From positions 1-63,782 of the forward strand of contig JBARIA010000018.1 in assembly GCA_049799515.1 (NCBI GenBank): a stretch of DNA of 63,782 nt, written 5' to 3'. A program made the translations under genes and the position numbers. Positions 1 to 8,990 of the stretch are shown here, piece by piece (the stretch's first letter is position 1; the number at the start of each line of letters is the position of its first letter). The DNA is from Candidatus Dormiibacterota bacterium. GTDB lineage: Bacteria > Chloroflexota > Dormibacteria > Aeolococcales > Bog-877. A model generated the notes under the pieces. It saw nothing but the letters and a program-made list of their open reading frames with translations. It did not search any database and was not told the DNA's origin.

Positions 1-286
1 CCCCGACCACCCGGTAGGGAAGGTCGCTGATGTCGAAGTAGCGCACCGGCTTGCGCATCCGCTTGGCGATTCCTACCTGCACCTTCAAGCCGAGCGAAAG
101 CGACCCGAACACCCACATCTCTTCGCACCGCGCGATCAGGTTGTTCATCGCTTCGCGCACCAACTCCTTGGGGACGGTGTGGAGCAGGTAGTAGTCGAAC
201 ATCATGAAGGGAGTGATCGGCACGCGGCCCTCATCCAGGACGAACTTGGTGAGCTGCTGGCGCCAGAAGAAGGTGCGGTTGCTCAT
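1..286 (-). CDS. hypothetical protein, 5' part only (gene runs off the left edge)
   Basis: Own minus-strand translation. The frame is open from the UDG stop codon (569-571) to position 1 and reads ...RPKALVYVAMSNRTFFWRQQLTKFVLDEGRVPITPFMMFDYYLLHTVPKELVREAMNNLIARCEEMWVFGSLSLGLKVQVGIAKRMRKPVRYFDISDLPYRVVG. It is absent from the ORF track because it has no stop in the window. The first ATG is at 286; in-frame TTG candidates lie at 511 and 529. No family recognised. Confidence 0.4.
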   Translation of the reverse strand, partial: MSNRTFFWRQQLTKFVLDEGRVPITPFMMFDYYLLHTVPKELVREAMNNLIARCEEMWVFGSLSLGLKVQVGIAKRMRKPVRYFDISDLPYRVVG

Positions 287-568
287 CGCCACGTAGACCA
301 GGGCCTTGGGCCGGCGCAGAGTTCGCTCCGCCTGTTCGGCGGGACTGGCTCTGGGGGTCGGGGTGAAGATCAGCTCCAGGATGTCGTCGGCGGAGCGCTC
401 GGTGGTGGTCTGGGCCTCGGTTGAAACCTCCCCTTTGGGGGTCGACCGGCCCCGGACGGACGGCGACTCCTTCCCGGGAGTGGGCGCGCTTGGCGCACCA
501 GCTACATCCAAGTCGTCAATCCCACCCAAGATCTCCCCCCGAGTATACCCAACGGGTCTGCTCTGAAC

Positions 569-1273
569 TCACCGATTGGGACCAGCTTCTATCAGCGCTG
601 AGAGCTCGGTCAGGGCCCCTCGTAGGAGAGCCTGGTGCTCGGACAGGTTGAGCCAGCGACTGGCGCCGGAGGGGTGCGGCAAGGGCAACACCAGCGGCCG
701 GACGGTCGACGACAGCGCCTCCTGGCGGCTCAGCTCGCCACCCTCGGGCCGAAAGACCCTCCCCACCGCGAGGTGCATCGGCAGCTGGCCCAGGAATCGC
801 TGGAGTGCCATCTGGCCCACAGCCAGGATCAGCCACGGCCGCAGGAGCGCCAGCTGCCGGTCCAGGTGGTCACGGCACAGATCGATCTCGGCCGGGCTGG
901 GCCGGCGGTCGCCGGAGCCGGAGAGAGACGGACCGGGGAAGCACTTGGTGATCGAGGTGAGGTAGACCCGGCTGCGGGCTGACTCCTCGTCCCCGAGTCC
1001 TGCCTCTTCCAACCAGCGAAAGAGCTGCCGCCCGGCCCGGCCGCTGAAGGGACGCCCTACCCCCTCCTCCACCCGCCCCGGGGCCTGTCCGACCAGTACC
1101 ACGTCGGCGCGAACCGGGGCCGGCAGCACTGGGGCCGCCCGCTCCAGGAGTCCCGCCGCGACGCAGCGGCGGCAGTCCAAGATCTGCCGATGGAGCTGGG
1201 AGAGCCGGAGCGCCCCGGCAGACTCCCCACCGGCCGCCCTCCGAGCCAGATTTCTGCCTGAAGCTGCGGCCAC
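569..1273 (-). CDS. uracil-DNA glycosylase superfamily protein (family 4/5-like)
   Basis: 234-aa ORF with motif GQAPGRVEEGVGRPFSGRAGRQLFRWL and C-terminal LPHPSGASRW, matching the GxAPG ... HPS signature of UDG family 4/5. Confidence 0.85.
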   Translation of the reverse strand: MAAASGRNLARRAAGGESAGALRLSQLHRQILDCRRCVAAGLLERAAPVLPAPVRADVVLVGQAPGRVEEGVGRPFSGRAGRQLFRWLEEAGLGDEESARSRVYLTSITKCFPGPSLSGSGDRRPSPAEIDLCRDHLDRQLALLRPWLILAVGQMALQRFLGQLPMHLAVGRVFRPEGGELSRQEALSSTVRPLVLPLPHPSGASRWLNLSEHQALLRGALTELSALIEAGPNR

Positions 1274-1347
1274 CGGGTGCTATCCTAGGTCGATCATGGT
1301 CGCCCTCTCGGCGACTCCCTAAATCCCCAGGTCTCGAGGTCTCGAGA

Positions 1348-1695
1348 ATGCCTCACGGCTCAGACCCACGCCGACGGCCTGATCAGCAGTCCCCTGATTC
1401 GGGAGCCTCTGGCCCGCCCGCTTGGTGGAGTGCACTGTCGGACGGTCGGCTCCCCGGCGAGGGACCCCGGGTGCGGCAGCGATCCAGCTGGCGGCACCGC
1501 CTGCAGCGGTTCAGCGTCCGGGCCAGTGCCCCAGTGGTCGTCCTGGCGGTCGCGGGAGCGGTGGTGGCCTTCGGGTTCGGCTACGCCATCATCGGCGAGA
1601 TCCTGGGGGTGGCCGTGGTGGCCGGGCTGATACTGGTCTCTGTGATCCACCAGCGTCGGGGGACAGAGACCAGGGACCGCCGCTGGTGGCGCTGA
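1348..1695 (+). CDS. hypothetical small membrane protein
   Basis: 115-aa ORF. The C-terminal half is a hydrophobic two-helix stretch (APVVVLAVAGAVVAFGFGYAIIGEILGVAVVAGLILVSVI) followed by basic residues. It competes with shadow ORFs in the same 745-bp gap. Confidence 0.35.
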   Translation: MPHGSDPRRRPDQQSPDSGASGPPAWWSALSDGRLPGEGPRVRQRSSWRHRLQRFSVRASAPVVVLAVAGAVVAFGFGYAIIGEILGVAVVAGLILVSVIHQRRGTETRDRRWWR

Positions 1696-2018
1696 GGGAG
1701 CGATCGTCCCGCTCAGGGCGAGGCATCCCCGGAAGTTCTCTGGTTTCCGCGTGGCCGCTCGCGGTTTCGGTCCTGGGGGGATGGTTGCGTCAGCAATCCC
1801 GGCGCCCTGGCCCACTCGGTGACGCAGCCGGGTTGGCGGTAGTGGTGGTCAACCGCTCCGCAAGTCTGCTCAGCGAGGTCAGCGCCGAGGTGGCCCGAGC
1901 GACCTCCCGGGAGAGCGGTGGGACGGCGGGGGCGACGACCCGCAAGCGCCGGTCGCCCCGCCGCAAGGAGCGTCCCAAGGCCGGCGAGGAGAAGCGAGCT
2001 AAGCCAGCAGGCTGACGG

Positions 2019-2894
2019 TCAGCCCCAGTCGGTGGCTGGCTCGGGAGGCTCTGGCAGTACTTCCCCCTGTCGAGCGGCAGCCTCTTCCTGGCTCTCCCTG
2101 CGGTAGGCACGCTGGGAGGGGTTGGGAACCAGGTCGAAGAACCGGTAGCAATCCGCCAGCTCGACCCCGCACCGCCGACCCACCTCCCGGGCGCCTTTCT
2201 CCATCCCCTCTTTCATCTCGCTGGCGTCGAACTGGCTGTGGTGCTCCCCCAGGGCGGCCATCTTGTTCGCCAGGTCGACCGGCAGGAGTGGGATGGCGAT
2301 GTCGGATTCGGATGAGGCTCCCACGAACACAAACCTCACCTTGTGGGGCTGCAATCCCTCATCTGCGAGGAGCTCCGGGAAGGCCCGAGCATCCCTGGCG
2401 CTGGGGAAGATCGCGTCCAGGGCGGCGTCCCCGGCCGCTCGGTGGTCGGGATGATTGAGGTAGCCGCGACCGAACCAGTGGTTGTTGGGGTCCATGGTGA
2501 TGACCGCCTCGGGTCGCAGTTCTCGGATCACCCGGACCAGGTCGCGTCGCACCGCCAGGGTGTTCTGCAAGACTCCGTCGGGATAGCCGAGGCAGCGCAC
2601 CTCGGACACCCCCAGGTGCGCCGACGCCAGGCGTTGCTCCTGAATCCGGATCCGGCTCAGCTCGCCAGCCGGGATGGTGGGGTCGTCGCTCCCAGCGTCG
2701 CCGTCGGTGACCAGGCAGACGGCACCCTGGCAGCCCTGGCGCGACCAGGCGGAGAGCACCGACGCCGCCAAGAAGTCGCAGTCGTCAGGGTGGGCCACCA
2801 CAACCAGGGCCCGCTCCGGGACGTGCTCGAACAGCTCCAGCGGAGAGAGCTTGGCGGCGGAGTCACCGTCCTCGGCGGGTTCATTGTTGGCCAT
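2019..2894 (-). CDS. PIG-L family deacetylase (LmbE-like)
   Basis: 291 aa with VVVAHPDDCDF, VTDGDAGSDD and NHPDHRAAG motifs typical of the PIG-L/LmbE zinc deacetylase family. Confidence 0.85.
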   Translation of the reverse strand: MANNEPAEDGDSAAKLSPLELFEHVPERALVVVAHPDDCDFLAASVLSAWSRQGCQGAVCLVTDGDAGSDDPTIPAGELSRIRIQEQRLASAHLGVSEVRCLGYPDGVLQNTLAVRRDLVRVIRELRPEAVITMDPNNHWFGRGYLNHPDHRAAGDAALDAIFPSARDARAFPELLADEGLQPHKVRFVFVGASSESDIAIPLLPVDLANKMAALGEHHSQFDASEMKEGMEKGAREVGRRCGVELADCYRFFDLVPNPSQRAYRRESQEEAAARQGEVLPEPPEPATDWG

Positions 2895-2917
2895 CTCAAC
2901 CAGTTATCCTGCCAGCC

Positions 2918-3796
2918 GTGAGCCTCGCTCTGCCTCGAGCCCCGCGGATCGCCACCTTCTCGATCGTGGCCAGCGACGGTGTCGACTGGGGGGTGGCGGT
3001 CGCATCCAAGTTCCTGGCGGTCGGAAGCGCGGTGCCCGCAGCCCGAGCTGAGGTGGGTGCCATCGCCACCCAGGCGATGGCCAACACCGGCTACAAGCAG
3101 CTTGGATTGGAGCTGCTGGAGGCTGGTCGGCCAGCCAGCGAGGTGGTCGAAGTGCTCACCGGCGATGACGAGGGACGGGAGCACCGGCAGCTGGGAGTGG
3201 TGGACCGCCATGGCGGAGCCGCCACCTACACCGGCTCCGAGTGCTTCGAGTGGGCCGGAGGCCGCACCGGCAAGGGCTGCGCCTGCCAGGGCAACATCCT
3301 CGCCGGTCCCGAGGTGGTCGACTCCCTGCTCACAACATTCGAGAGTTCTACCGGTGAGTTGGTCGACCGACTGGTGGCCGCCCTGGCCGCCGGTGACCAA
3401 GCGGGCGGCGACCGGCGCGGCCGGCAGTCCGCCGCACTTCTGGTGGTTCGCCGCCACGCCGGGTACGGCGGCTTCGACGACCGGATGGTGGATCTCCGGG
3501 TGGACGACCAGCCGAAGCCCATCCCCGAGCTGCTGCGCCTGCTGGGTCTCTGGCGTCTCTACTTCGAGAAGGCCTCCCCGGAGTCGCTGCTGCCGATAGA
3601 CGACGTCATGTACACCCGGCTGCGGAGCGCCCTGGCGCGAGCCGGCCGGCTATCTGAGGGTGCCAGCACTGAGCAGCTCTGGTCGGCGTTCGACGCCTGG
3701 GTCTCGGAGGAGAACCTGGAGGAGCGGGTGGCCTCCCGAGAGGCAATCGATCCACTGGTGCTGGCCAAGCTCGAGGAGACACCCTCGGCCGGATAG
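2918..3796 (+). CDS. DUF1028 family (Ntn-hydrolase fold) protein with C-terminal helical extension
   Basis: The N-terminus IATFSIVASDGVDWGVAVASKFLAVGSAVPAARAEVGAIATQA is the characteristic DUF1028 start. Divergent from the deacetylase with only a 23-bp gap. Confidence 0.85.
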   Translation: MSLALPRAPRIATFSIVASDGVDWGVAVASKFLAVGSAVPAARAEVGAIATQAMANTGYKQLGLELLEAGRPASEVVEVLTGDDEGREHRQLGVVDRHGGAATYTGSECFEWAGGRTGKGCACQGNILAGPEVVDSLLTTFESSTGELVDRLVAALAAGDQAGGDRRGRQSAALLVVRRHAGYGGFDDRMVDLRVDDQPKPIPELLRLLGLWRLYFEKASPESLLPIDDVMYTRLRSALARAGRLSEGASTEQLWSAFDAWVSEENLEERVASREAIDPLVLAKLEETPSAG

Positions 3797-3998
3797 CTGA
3801 CTCCGTCCGACTTCCAACTCTCAGGTGGGCCGGCCCCGGTCCAGTGACCAGCGGCTCGACTGGCCCCACTCACCGGAGCCCCTCCAGAAAGCAGAGCCCG
3901 ATGGTCGATTGGCGATTCTCGCTCTCGGGGCCCGACCGATGCTACCTTTGGAGACGCTGCTCGGCGTGTCATAACTAGAGTGGGGGTGAGGAGATCTC

Positions 3999-4664
3999 AT
4001 GGCTGTAAACCTACCGTCTGAGCGTCCTGACACCAGCGACATGCTGATGATTCACGGCGTTTTTCGAGGAGAGCTGCAGGCTGCTCCGGCTCGCATCCAG
4101 GGAGTCGTCCCGGGGGACCTGGATCGGGCTCGGCTGATCGGCGACCACTACGCATTCGTCCTGGCAGTGCTGCATATTCACCACGAGACCGAGGACGAAT
4201 TGCTCTGGCCCAAGCTCAATCAGCGGGTCGAGTTCAAGCGGGAGCTGGTGGCGCGCATGGAGGCCCAACACGCGGCGATAGCCGGCGAACTAACTCAGTC
4301 GAACGAGACCCTGGAGCGCTGGGCGAAGACCGGCGCCCTCCAGGACGCCGGTCCGCTACTGGAGAGCCTCAGCCGCCTGACAGCTGTGCTGGAGCACCAC
4401 CTAGGCGAGGAGGAGCAGCAGATTTTGCCCATCGCCGCGGATCATCTGTCGGTCAAGGAGTGGGGGGAGTTGGGCCAGCACGGCATGGCGGCGGTGCCCG
4501 CTGAGTGGATGCCGGTCACGCTCGGGCTCTGCCTGAGAAATCTCCCCCCGGAGGCACGCCCGGTATTCCTCGCCCAAATGCCAGAGGGTGTTCCTGTTCT
4601 CTGGACAAGTCAGTGGGAGACCATCTACGAGGCTCACATGGCGTCGCTGGAGCCGACGGCGTAG
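3999..4664 (+). CDS. hemerythrin HHE cation-binding domain protein
   Basis: 221 aa with the H..HHETEDELLWP pattern and a second EHHLGEEEQQILP motif, as in hemerythrin-like domains. Confidence 0.8.
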   Translation: MAVNLPSERPDTSDMLMIHGVFRGELQAAPARIQGVVPGDLDRARLIGDHYAFVLAVLHIHHETEDELLWPKLNQRVEFKRELVARMEAQHAAIAGELTQSNETLERWAKTGALQDAGPLLESLSRLTAVLEHHLGEEEQQILPIAADHLSVKEWGELGQHGMAAVPAEWMPVTLGLCLRNLPPEARPVFLAQMPEGVPVLWTSQWETIYEAHMASLEPTA

Positions 4665-4679
4665 GCCTCGGTCCGTCCG

Positions 4680-5597
4680 TCAGGCTGGAGAGGTCGGTGA
4701 AGGCGGGCGGCTCATTCGGCTGAGGTGGTAGAGCAGCAGCTGTTGGGCGCTCAAGGCAGCCCCTCCATAGTCGGAGGTCAGCACTAGGACTTCGCTGGCC
4801 AGTGGCATCAGCGGAATTCGGTAAGCAAGCTGCACCGCCTTGCGCACCCCGAGGTCGTCGGCCACCACCACCGACCGACCGAGGACCCGGGCGAGGTACT
4901 GACTGGCGGTCCACGGTCCCAGACCGGGCAGCTCGGTGAGCCGCTCTCTGACCGCCCCGTCGGAGGCGGACTCCAGCGCCGCGAAAGAGAGCTCGCCGCT
5001 GCCAACGGCCGCTCCTAGAGCGCCCAGGCAGCGGGCCTTGGCCCTGGTCAGATGAAGTTCGGCCCAGACCTCAGGGGAAGCTGCCGCCATCTGCTCGGGA
5101 TCTGGGCAGATGGCGAAGTCATCTCCCAGGGCGATCCGCTGGCCCAGCCGTCGCAGGATGGCGCGTCGCACGGTCAGGGCCAGGGTGAGGTTCACCTGCT
5201 GGGACGTGACCATGGCGAGCAGGGCGCCGAGCGGGTCGAGTGCCCGCACCGGGAAGACTCCGGGATAGAGCTCCCGGAGCCCGGCTATGACTGGGTCCCG
5301 CTGCCCCAGCTCAGCGAGAGCAGCCTGCTCATCGACGAACATCGCCCCAAGCCAGTCTCCCAGCCCGGCCGGTGGGCTCGCGGTGTCGGTCTCCAGCTCC
5401 AGGTACGACTCGGCCCCGGCGAGACGAACCAGCCGGACGGCGCCGATCTCGCCGTCAACCCGGTACGGCCTGAGAAATCTGTCACCGTCCCAGCGATCCA
5501 TCAAGTCGTCGCCGTGACGGCTGAAGCGCTCCAGGGAGGCGTCGAGGTCGAGGCCGGGCGGCAACTCCATCCGGGACCGAGGACTGCCCTTATTCAA
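4680..5597 (-). CDS. DNA-3-methyladenine glycosylase II-like HhH-GPD protein
   Basis: 305 aa. VTSQQVNLTLALTVRRAIL (HhH-GPD core), LTELPGLGPWTASQYL (helix-hairpin-helix) and the catalytic-Asp context VVADDLGVRKAV. Confidence 0.85.
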   Translation of the reverse strand: MNKGSPRSRMELPPGLDLDASLERFSRHGDDLMDRWDGDRFLRPYRVDGEIGAVRLVRLAGAESYLELETDTASPPAGLGDWLGAMFVDEQAALAELGQRDPVIAGLRELYPGVFPVRALDPLGALLAMVTSQQVNLTLALTVRRAILRRLGQRIALGDDFAICPDPEQMAAASPEVWAELHLTRAKARCLGALGAAVGSGELSFAALESASDGAVRERLTELPGLGPWTASQYLARVLGRSVVVADDLGVRKAVQLAYRIPLMPLASEVLVLTSDYGGAALSAQQLLLYHLSRMSRPPSPTSPA

Positions 5598-5613
5598 GGA
5601 ACGAGGCGAGCGA

Positions 5614-6708
5614 TCAGGCCTGGGAGCCGGACCGCTTCAACTCGCCGTCGCTGTATCCCCAGCCCCGGTCCGCCGACGCCGGTCCGGTCGGCCCCAGGAG
5701 GGTGCCAGCCCCCTCGCTGTAGTGGGCCGGGTCCCGGCGCGCCAGCCAGGCGGGTATGGCCTGGCTGGACGCGACCACCAGGAACCAGCCCAGGAAAAGG
5801 GGCACTCCGATGCTCCACATGTCCAGGGCCATGTAGAAGTGGAAATCGTAAGGGTCCATGGCCTGGAAGGCGGACATCAGCAGTCCCGAGAAGCCGAATG
5901 CCAGACAGGTGAGGACGAAACCGTGGGCCAGCATCCGACCGCGAACCGACCGAAAGCGGTCTAGCGCACTGCTGCCTTGGGGAAGCTCAGCTCCCCGACG
6001 CCAGCCTCGCCACAGGAAGATCAGCAGAGCCCCGCCGGCCAGCCCGCCACCGGCGAGAACCACGACCCCGAGGGCGATCATGTTCTGAACCACCGCCAGT
6101 GACAGTTGCTGGGTCACTCCGTAGACGCCCTCATTGAGCAGCAGGCCTCCCCCGGTGAGCAGAGCCCCCGCGAAGACCGCGGACACCGCCACCGCCGAGC
6201 GGTCGGGCCCCTTCCACCGATGGGTCGGAGTGCTGGCATCGATCGCGGCGAGTACCTTCCAGACGAGGGGAGCGCCGATCGCCCATCCGGTCCAGGGCGG
6301 GACGATCGCCGGCAACCAGTCCACCAGTAGGTTGAAGTGGAAATCGTAGACATCCCAGATCCGCAGAACGTTCATCCCGAGCCAGATCGCCACGCTGTAG
6401 GCAAGCAGGTAAAAGAACGCTCCCACCACCAGCTGGTACCGCGCCTCAGCCAGCCGCTGCAGACCACCGTCCGGTCCTGCCAGCAAACCGGCAACTTTCC
6501 AGTAGAGAGGGCCGAAGAGGACCAGCACGAGCAGCACCGGGGTGAACCAGGGCAGGATGTCCAGCAACAGGTTGAAGTGGAAGGTGACCGGGTTGAGGGC
6601 CTTGAGCAGGACCATCAGGACCCACACCACACCAATGAATGCGAGCCCCAGGAAACAGGCGCCCATCAGCACCTCGAAACGGCGTTGAACCAAGACCGCC
6701 AGCTTCAC
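5614..6708 (-). CDS. polytopic membrane protein with threefold internal repeat (unknown family)
   Basis: 364 aa, very hydrophobic. Three similar modules carry the motifs VTFHFNLLLDILPW, YDFHFNLLVDWLPA and YDFHFYMALDMWSI. Third-position GC is good. Confidence 0.7.
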   Translation of the reverse strand: MKLAVLVQRRFEVLMGACFLGLAFIGVVWVLMVLLKALNPVTFHFNLLLDILPWFTPVLLVLVLFGPLYWKVAGLLAGPDGGLQRLAEARYQLVVGAFFYLLAYSVAIWLGMNVLRIWDVYDFHFNLLVDWLPAIVPPWTGWAIGAPLVWKVLAAIDASTPTHRWKGPDRSAVAVSAVFAGALLTGGGLLLNEGVYGVTQQLSLAVVQNMIALGVVVLAGGGLAGGALLIFLWRGWRRGAELPQGSSALDRFRSVRGRMLAHGFVLTCLAFGFSGLLMSAFQAMDPYDFHFYMALDMWSIGVPLFLGWFLVVASSQAIPAWLARRDPAHYSEGAGTLLGPTGPASADRGWGYSDGELKRSGSQA

Positions 6709-6756
6709 CAGGAACCATGGTAACGGCCGGTAGTCGGCTTCAGCGGGCCCCGGTGT

Positions 6757-7419
6757 TCAGCTGGGCTGTGAAGCCGAACCAGGCTGGGTGCGCGACTCCC
6801 CTGACCCCGATCTGACCCACCGCTGGGGATAGACCGTCTCGCCCCGGGCCAGCATCGCGACGAAGTGGTCGACACGTCGAGCCCGTGTCTCCGCCCGTTT
6901 GGGCTGACCAATTCGGTACAGAACGGCGTAACGGTTCTGGCTGGTCAGGATCTCAAACATAGCCTGGGCACTCGGGTTGAGGGCCAGCCCAGCGGCCAGA
7001 TCCGACGGGACCTCGATTTCCGATTGGCCAGCGTACCCAGCTTCCCAGCTACCGTTGGCGCGGGCCCGCTCCACTGCCGCCAGGCCGGCTGGCTGCATCC
7101 GACCCTCCCCAGTCAGCCGGTCGACGTTCCGGATGTTGATCTGAGACCAGCGGCTGCGGCCCTGTCGGGGAGTGAAACGCTGTCGGTAGGTGAGTTCGTC
7201 GCGCCGCTGAACCTGGCCGTCGATCCAGCCCTGGCAGAGTGCCTCATCGAGCGCCTCCCGGTATCTGAGATCTGTCGGGATGGTGGTGCCCTGCTTGGCC
7301 AGTACCAGCCAGACTCCAGTCTGATCGGCGTGGTGTTTCTCAAGCCACCTCCTCCAGGCCTGAGCGTCGCCGACGGTCAGTTCGGGAAGTTCACCTGCCA
7401 TTGAGAGTTGATTCCTCAA
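6757..7419 (-). CDS. YdeI/OmpD-associated family protein
   Basis: 220 aa. AWRRWLEKHH..GVWLVLAKQG..YREALDEALCQGWIDGQ..FTPR...SRWSQINI matches the YdeI/OmdA pattern. Confidence 0.8.
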   Translation of the reverse strand: MRNQLSMAGELPELTVGDAQAWRRWLEKHHADQTGVWLVLAKQGTTIPTDLRYREALDEALCQGWIDGQVQRRDELTYRQRFTPRQGRSRWSQINIRNVDRLTGEGRMQPAGLAAVERARANGSWEAGYAGQSEIEVPSDLAAGLALNPSAQAMFEILTSQNRYAVLYRIGQPKRAETRARRVDHFVAMLARGETVYPQRWVRSGSGESRTQPGSASQPS

Positions 7420-7615
7420 CCTTCTTCACTGCGCTACTTCCAGACCAAGGTAAGGGGGGGTTCGAAGTCTGCCACAACACTCCGGCCCGGCTTGCAGCGA
7501 GATTAGCGACGAGGGAGTCCAGGCACCACCGCGGCTAAGGGGAACGCCACGCAGCAAGTGGTGGTAGTTCGAGTTATTGAAGTACCGGGGTCGCTCGCCG
7601 GGCGGCCTTCGCAGT

Positions 7616-7990
7616 TCAGGCGTCGACCAACTCAACTGCGTAGCCGGCGAAGCTTGAATCCCTGGTAACCACGGTGAGGTTCTCCAGCAGCGCCTGGGCC
7701 ACCAGCATTCGGTCGAACGGGTCGTGGTGAAGCCTCGGCAGAGCGCCCGCGACCAGAGCGTGCGCGATGGATATAGGCAGACTCCTGAACCCGCTTATCT
7801 CCAGTTGAGCGGCAAGATCATCCGGTGCCCTTAGCTTCCCGAGTGAAGTCTTGATCGACATCTCCCAGGCCGTGGCAGCCGAGACGAAAATGTCGTTGAT
7901 CGGATTCGCGATGGCCGTGCGCGCACCTACCGACATCGGGCGATCATCCAGCCACCACAAGAGAACGTGCGTGTCGAGAAGAAGTCTCAC
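7616..7990 (-). CDS. vapC: type II toxin VapC (PIN domain ribonuclease)
   Basis: 124 aa beginning MRLLLDTHVLLWWL, with downstream acidic PIN residues. 4-nt overlap with the upstream antitoxin gene. Confidence 0.9.
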   Translation of the reverse strand: MRLLLDTHVLLWWLDDRPMSVGARTAIANPINDIFVSAATAWEMSIKTSLGKLRAPDDLAAQLEISGFRSLPISIAHALVAGALPRLHHDPFDRMLVAQALLENLTVVTRDSSFAGYAVELVDA

Positions 7991-8229
7991 GTCCCCTCTC
8001 CTCTGAATGCCGCCTCCACTTCGGCTGGCAGATCCTCGAAATCAGGGGCAAGGTGAACACGACCACGCCAAGCCCCCGGCACCCGTGGCTCAGTCCGACG
8101 ATCGATCGGAACTAGACGTGCCACCGGCCTTCCGGCGCGAGCGAGGACGATCTCCTCACCAGCAGCAACCCGGTCAAGCAACTGAGAAAGGTGGGTCTTC
8201 GCTTCGTAGACGTTGACGCTGGTCGGCAT
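7987..8229 (-). CDS. vapB: type II antitoxin, Phd/YefM-like (VapB partner)
   Basis: 80 aa. VNVYEAKTHLSQLLDRVAAGEEIVLARAGRPVARLVP is the classic Phd/YefM N-terminal fold signature. Overlaps the vapC start. Confidence 0.85.
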   Translation of the reverse strand: MPTSVNVYEAKTHLSQLLDRVAAGEEIVLARAGRPVARLVPIDRRTEPRVPGAWRGRVHLAPDFEDLPAEVEAAFRGEGT

Positions 8230-8296
8230 GGCTCTGAATACTAATTGATCAGACCAGATCTAGTCAACCTGGTAGCACCGCCTCGGGTGGTTCGAT

Positions 8297-8617
8297 CTAG
8301 AGCGAGCGGAAGATCACGGCGAGACCGGCAAAGATCAGCACCAAGGAGACCAGGGCCAGGCAACCGAAGTCGACGCTTACCACCAGCCGAAACCACCCTG
8401 AGAGGTTGCCCACCCCAGGCGAGCGCAAAGGTCGCGGCTTCTCTTGGATCGGCCCCTGCCGGGGCAGAGGCTGGTCAACCTGGGCCCGGGCCCAGATGCT
8501 GCGCAGGCTGAGGGCGGCACCACACGCCATCAGCACCCCTACCGCCAGGATCACGATCCCGAGCCCGACACCGCCGGACTTGGTTACCACTGCGACGAGC
8601 GGGGCGGTCAGGGGCAA
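8297..8617 (-). CDS. hypothetical membrane protein (last gene of the oxidase operon)
   Basis: 106 aa with hydrophobic helices at both ends, co-directional with and 40 bp downstream of the CtaF-like ORF. Confidence 0.5.
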   Translation of the reverse strand: MPLTAPLVAVVTKSGGVGLGIVILAVGVLMACGAALSLRSIWARAQVDQPLPRQGPIQEKPRPLRSPGVGNLSGWFRLVVSVDFGCLALVSLVLIFAGLAVIFRSL

Positions 8618-8656
8618 CGAGCCTCACCGAGGGGACGGCCCGCTGCCGGACGCGGC

Positions 8657-8875
8657 CTACGGAAGCGAGCGGTAGTCGTGCCTCGCCTCGCGGACCCAGC
8701 CGCCCAGGGACACCACCAGGATGATCAAGCCGACGATGACCACCTCCACCTTGGTGATCACACCGATCATCGAGGTAGCGAACCCGATCGCCAGCAGGAT
8801 TGGCCAGAAGCTGGGGCCGGGGAGGTGAGAGGAGGACTCCTCCGTCGGGCTCACCGGAGACTGCTCACTTGGCAT
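8657..8875 (-). CDS. small oxidase-associated membrane protein, resembles the C-terminal half of actinobacterial cytochrome c oxidase subunit IV (CtaF)
   Basis: 72 aa. PSFWPILLAIGFATSMIGVI..VIVGLIILVVSLGGWVREA parallels the P.S.WP...A.G ... G.V.E pattern of CtaF C-termini. Lies in the cta operon. Confidence 0.55.
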   Translation of the reverse strand: MPSEQSPVSPTEESSSHLPGPSFWPILLAIGFATSMIGVITKVEVVIVGLIILVVSLGGWVREARHDYRSLP

Positions 8876-8990
8876 GGGAGGCAGCCAGGTAGAGGATGGC
8901 CCAGGTGAATCCGAGTGCCAGCATCAGGATCCCGACCACGGTCAGGAGTATCCCCATACGAACATTGGCCCGGGCCTCTTTGCGCTGCAT
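8865..8990 (-). CDS. unannotated 41-aa single-helix membrane mini-ORF
   Basis: Own translation: MQRKEARANVRMGILLTVVGILMLALGFTWAILYLAASHAK. Its ATG overlaps the ctaA stop (TGATG at 8990) and its stop overlaps the start region of the next ORF (8865-8875). Too short for the ORF track. Confidence 0.4.
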   Translation of the reverse strand: MQRKEARANVRMGILLTVVGILMLALGFTWAILYLAASHAK

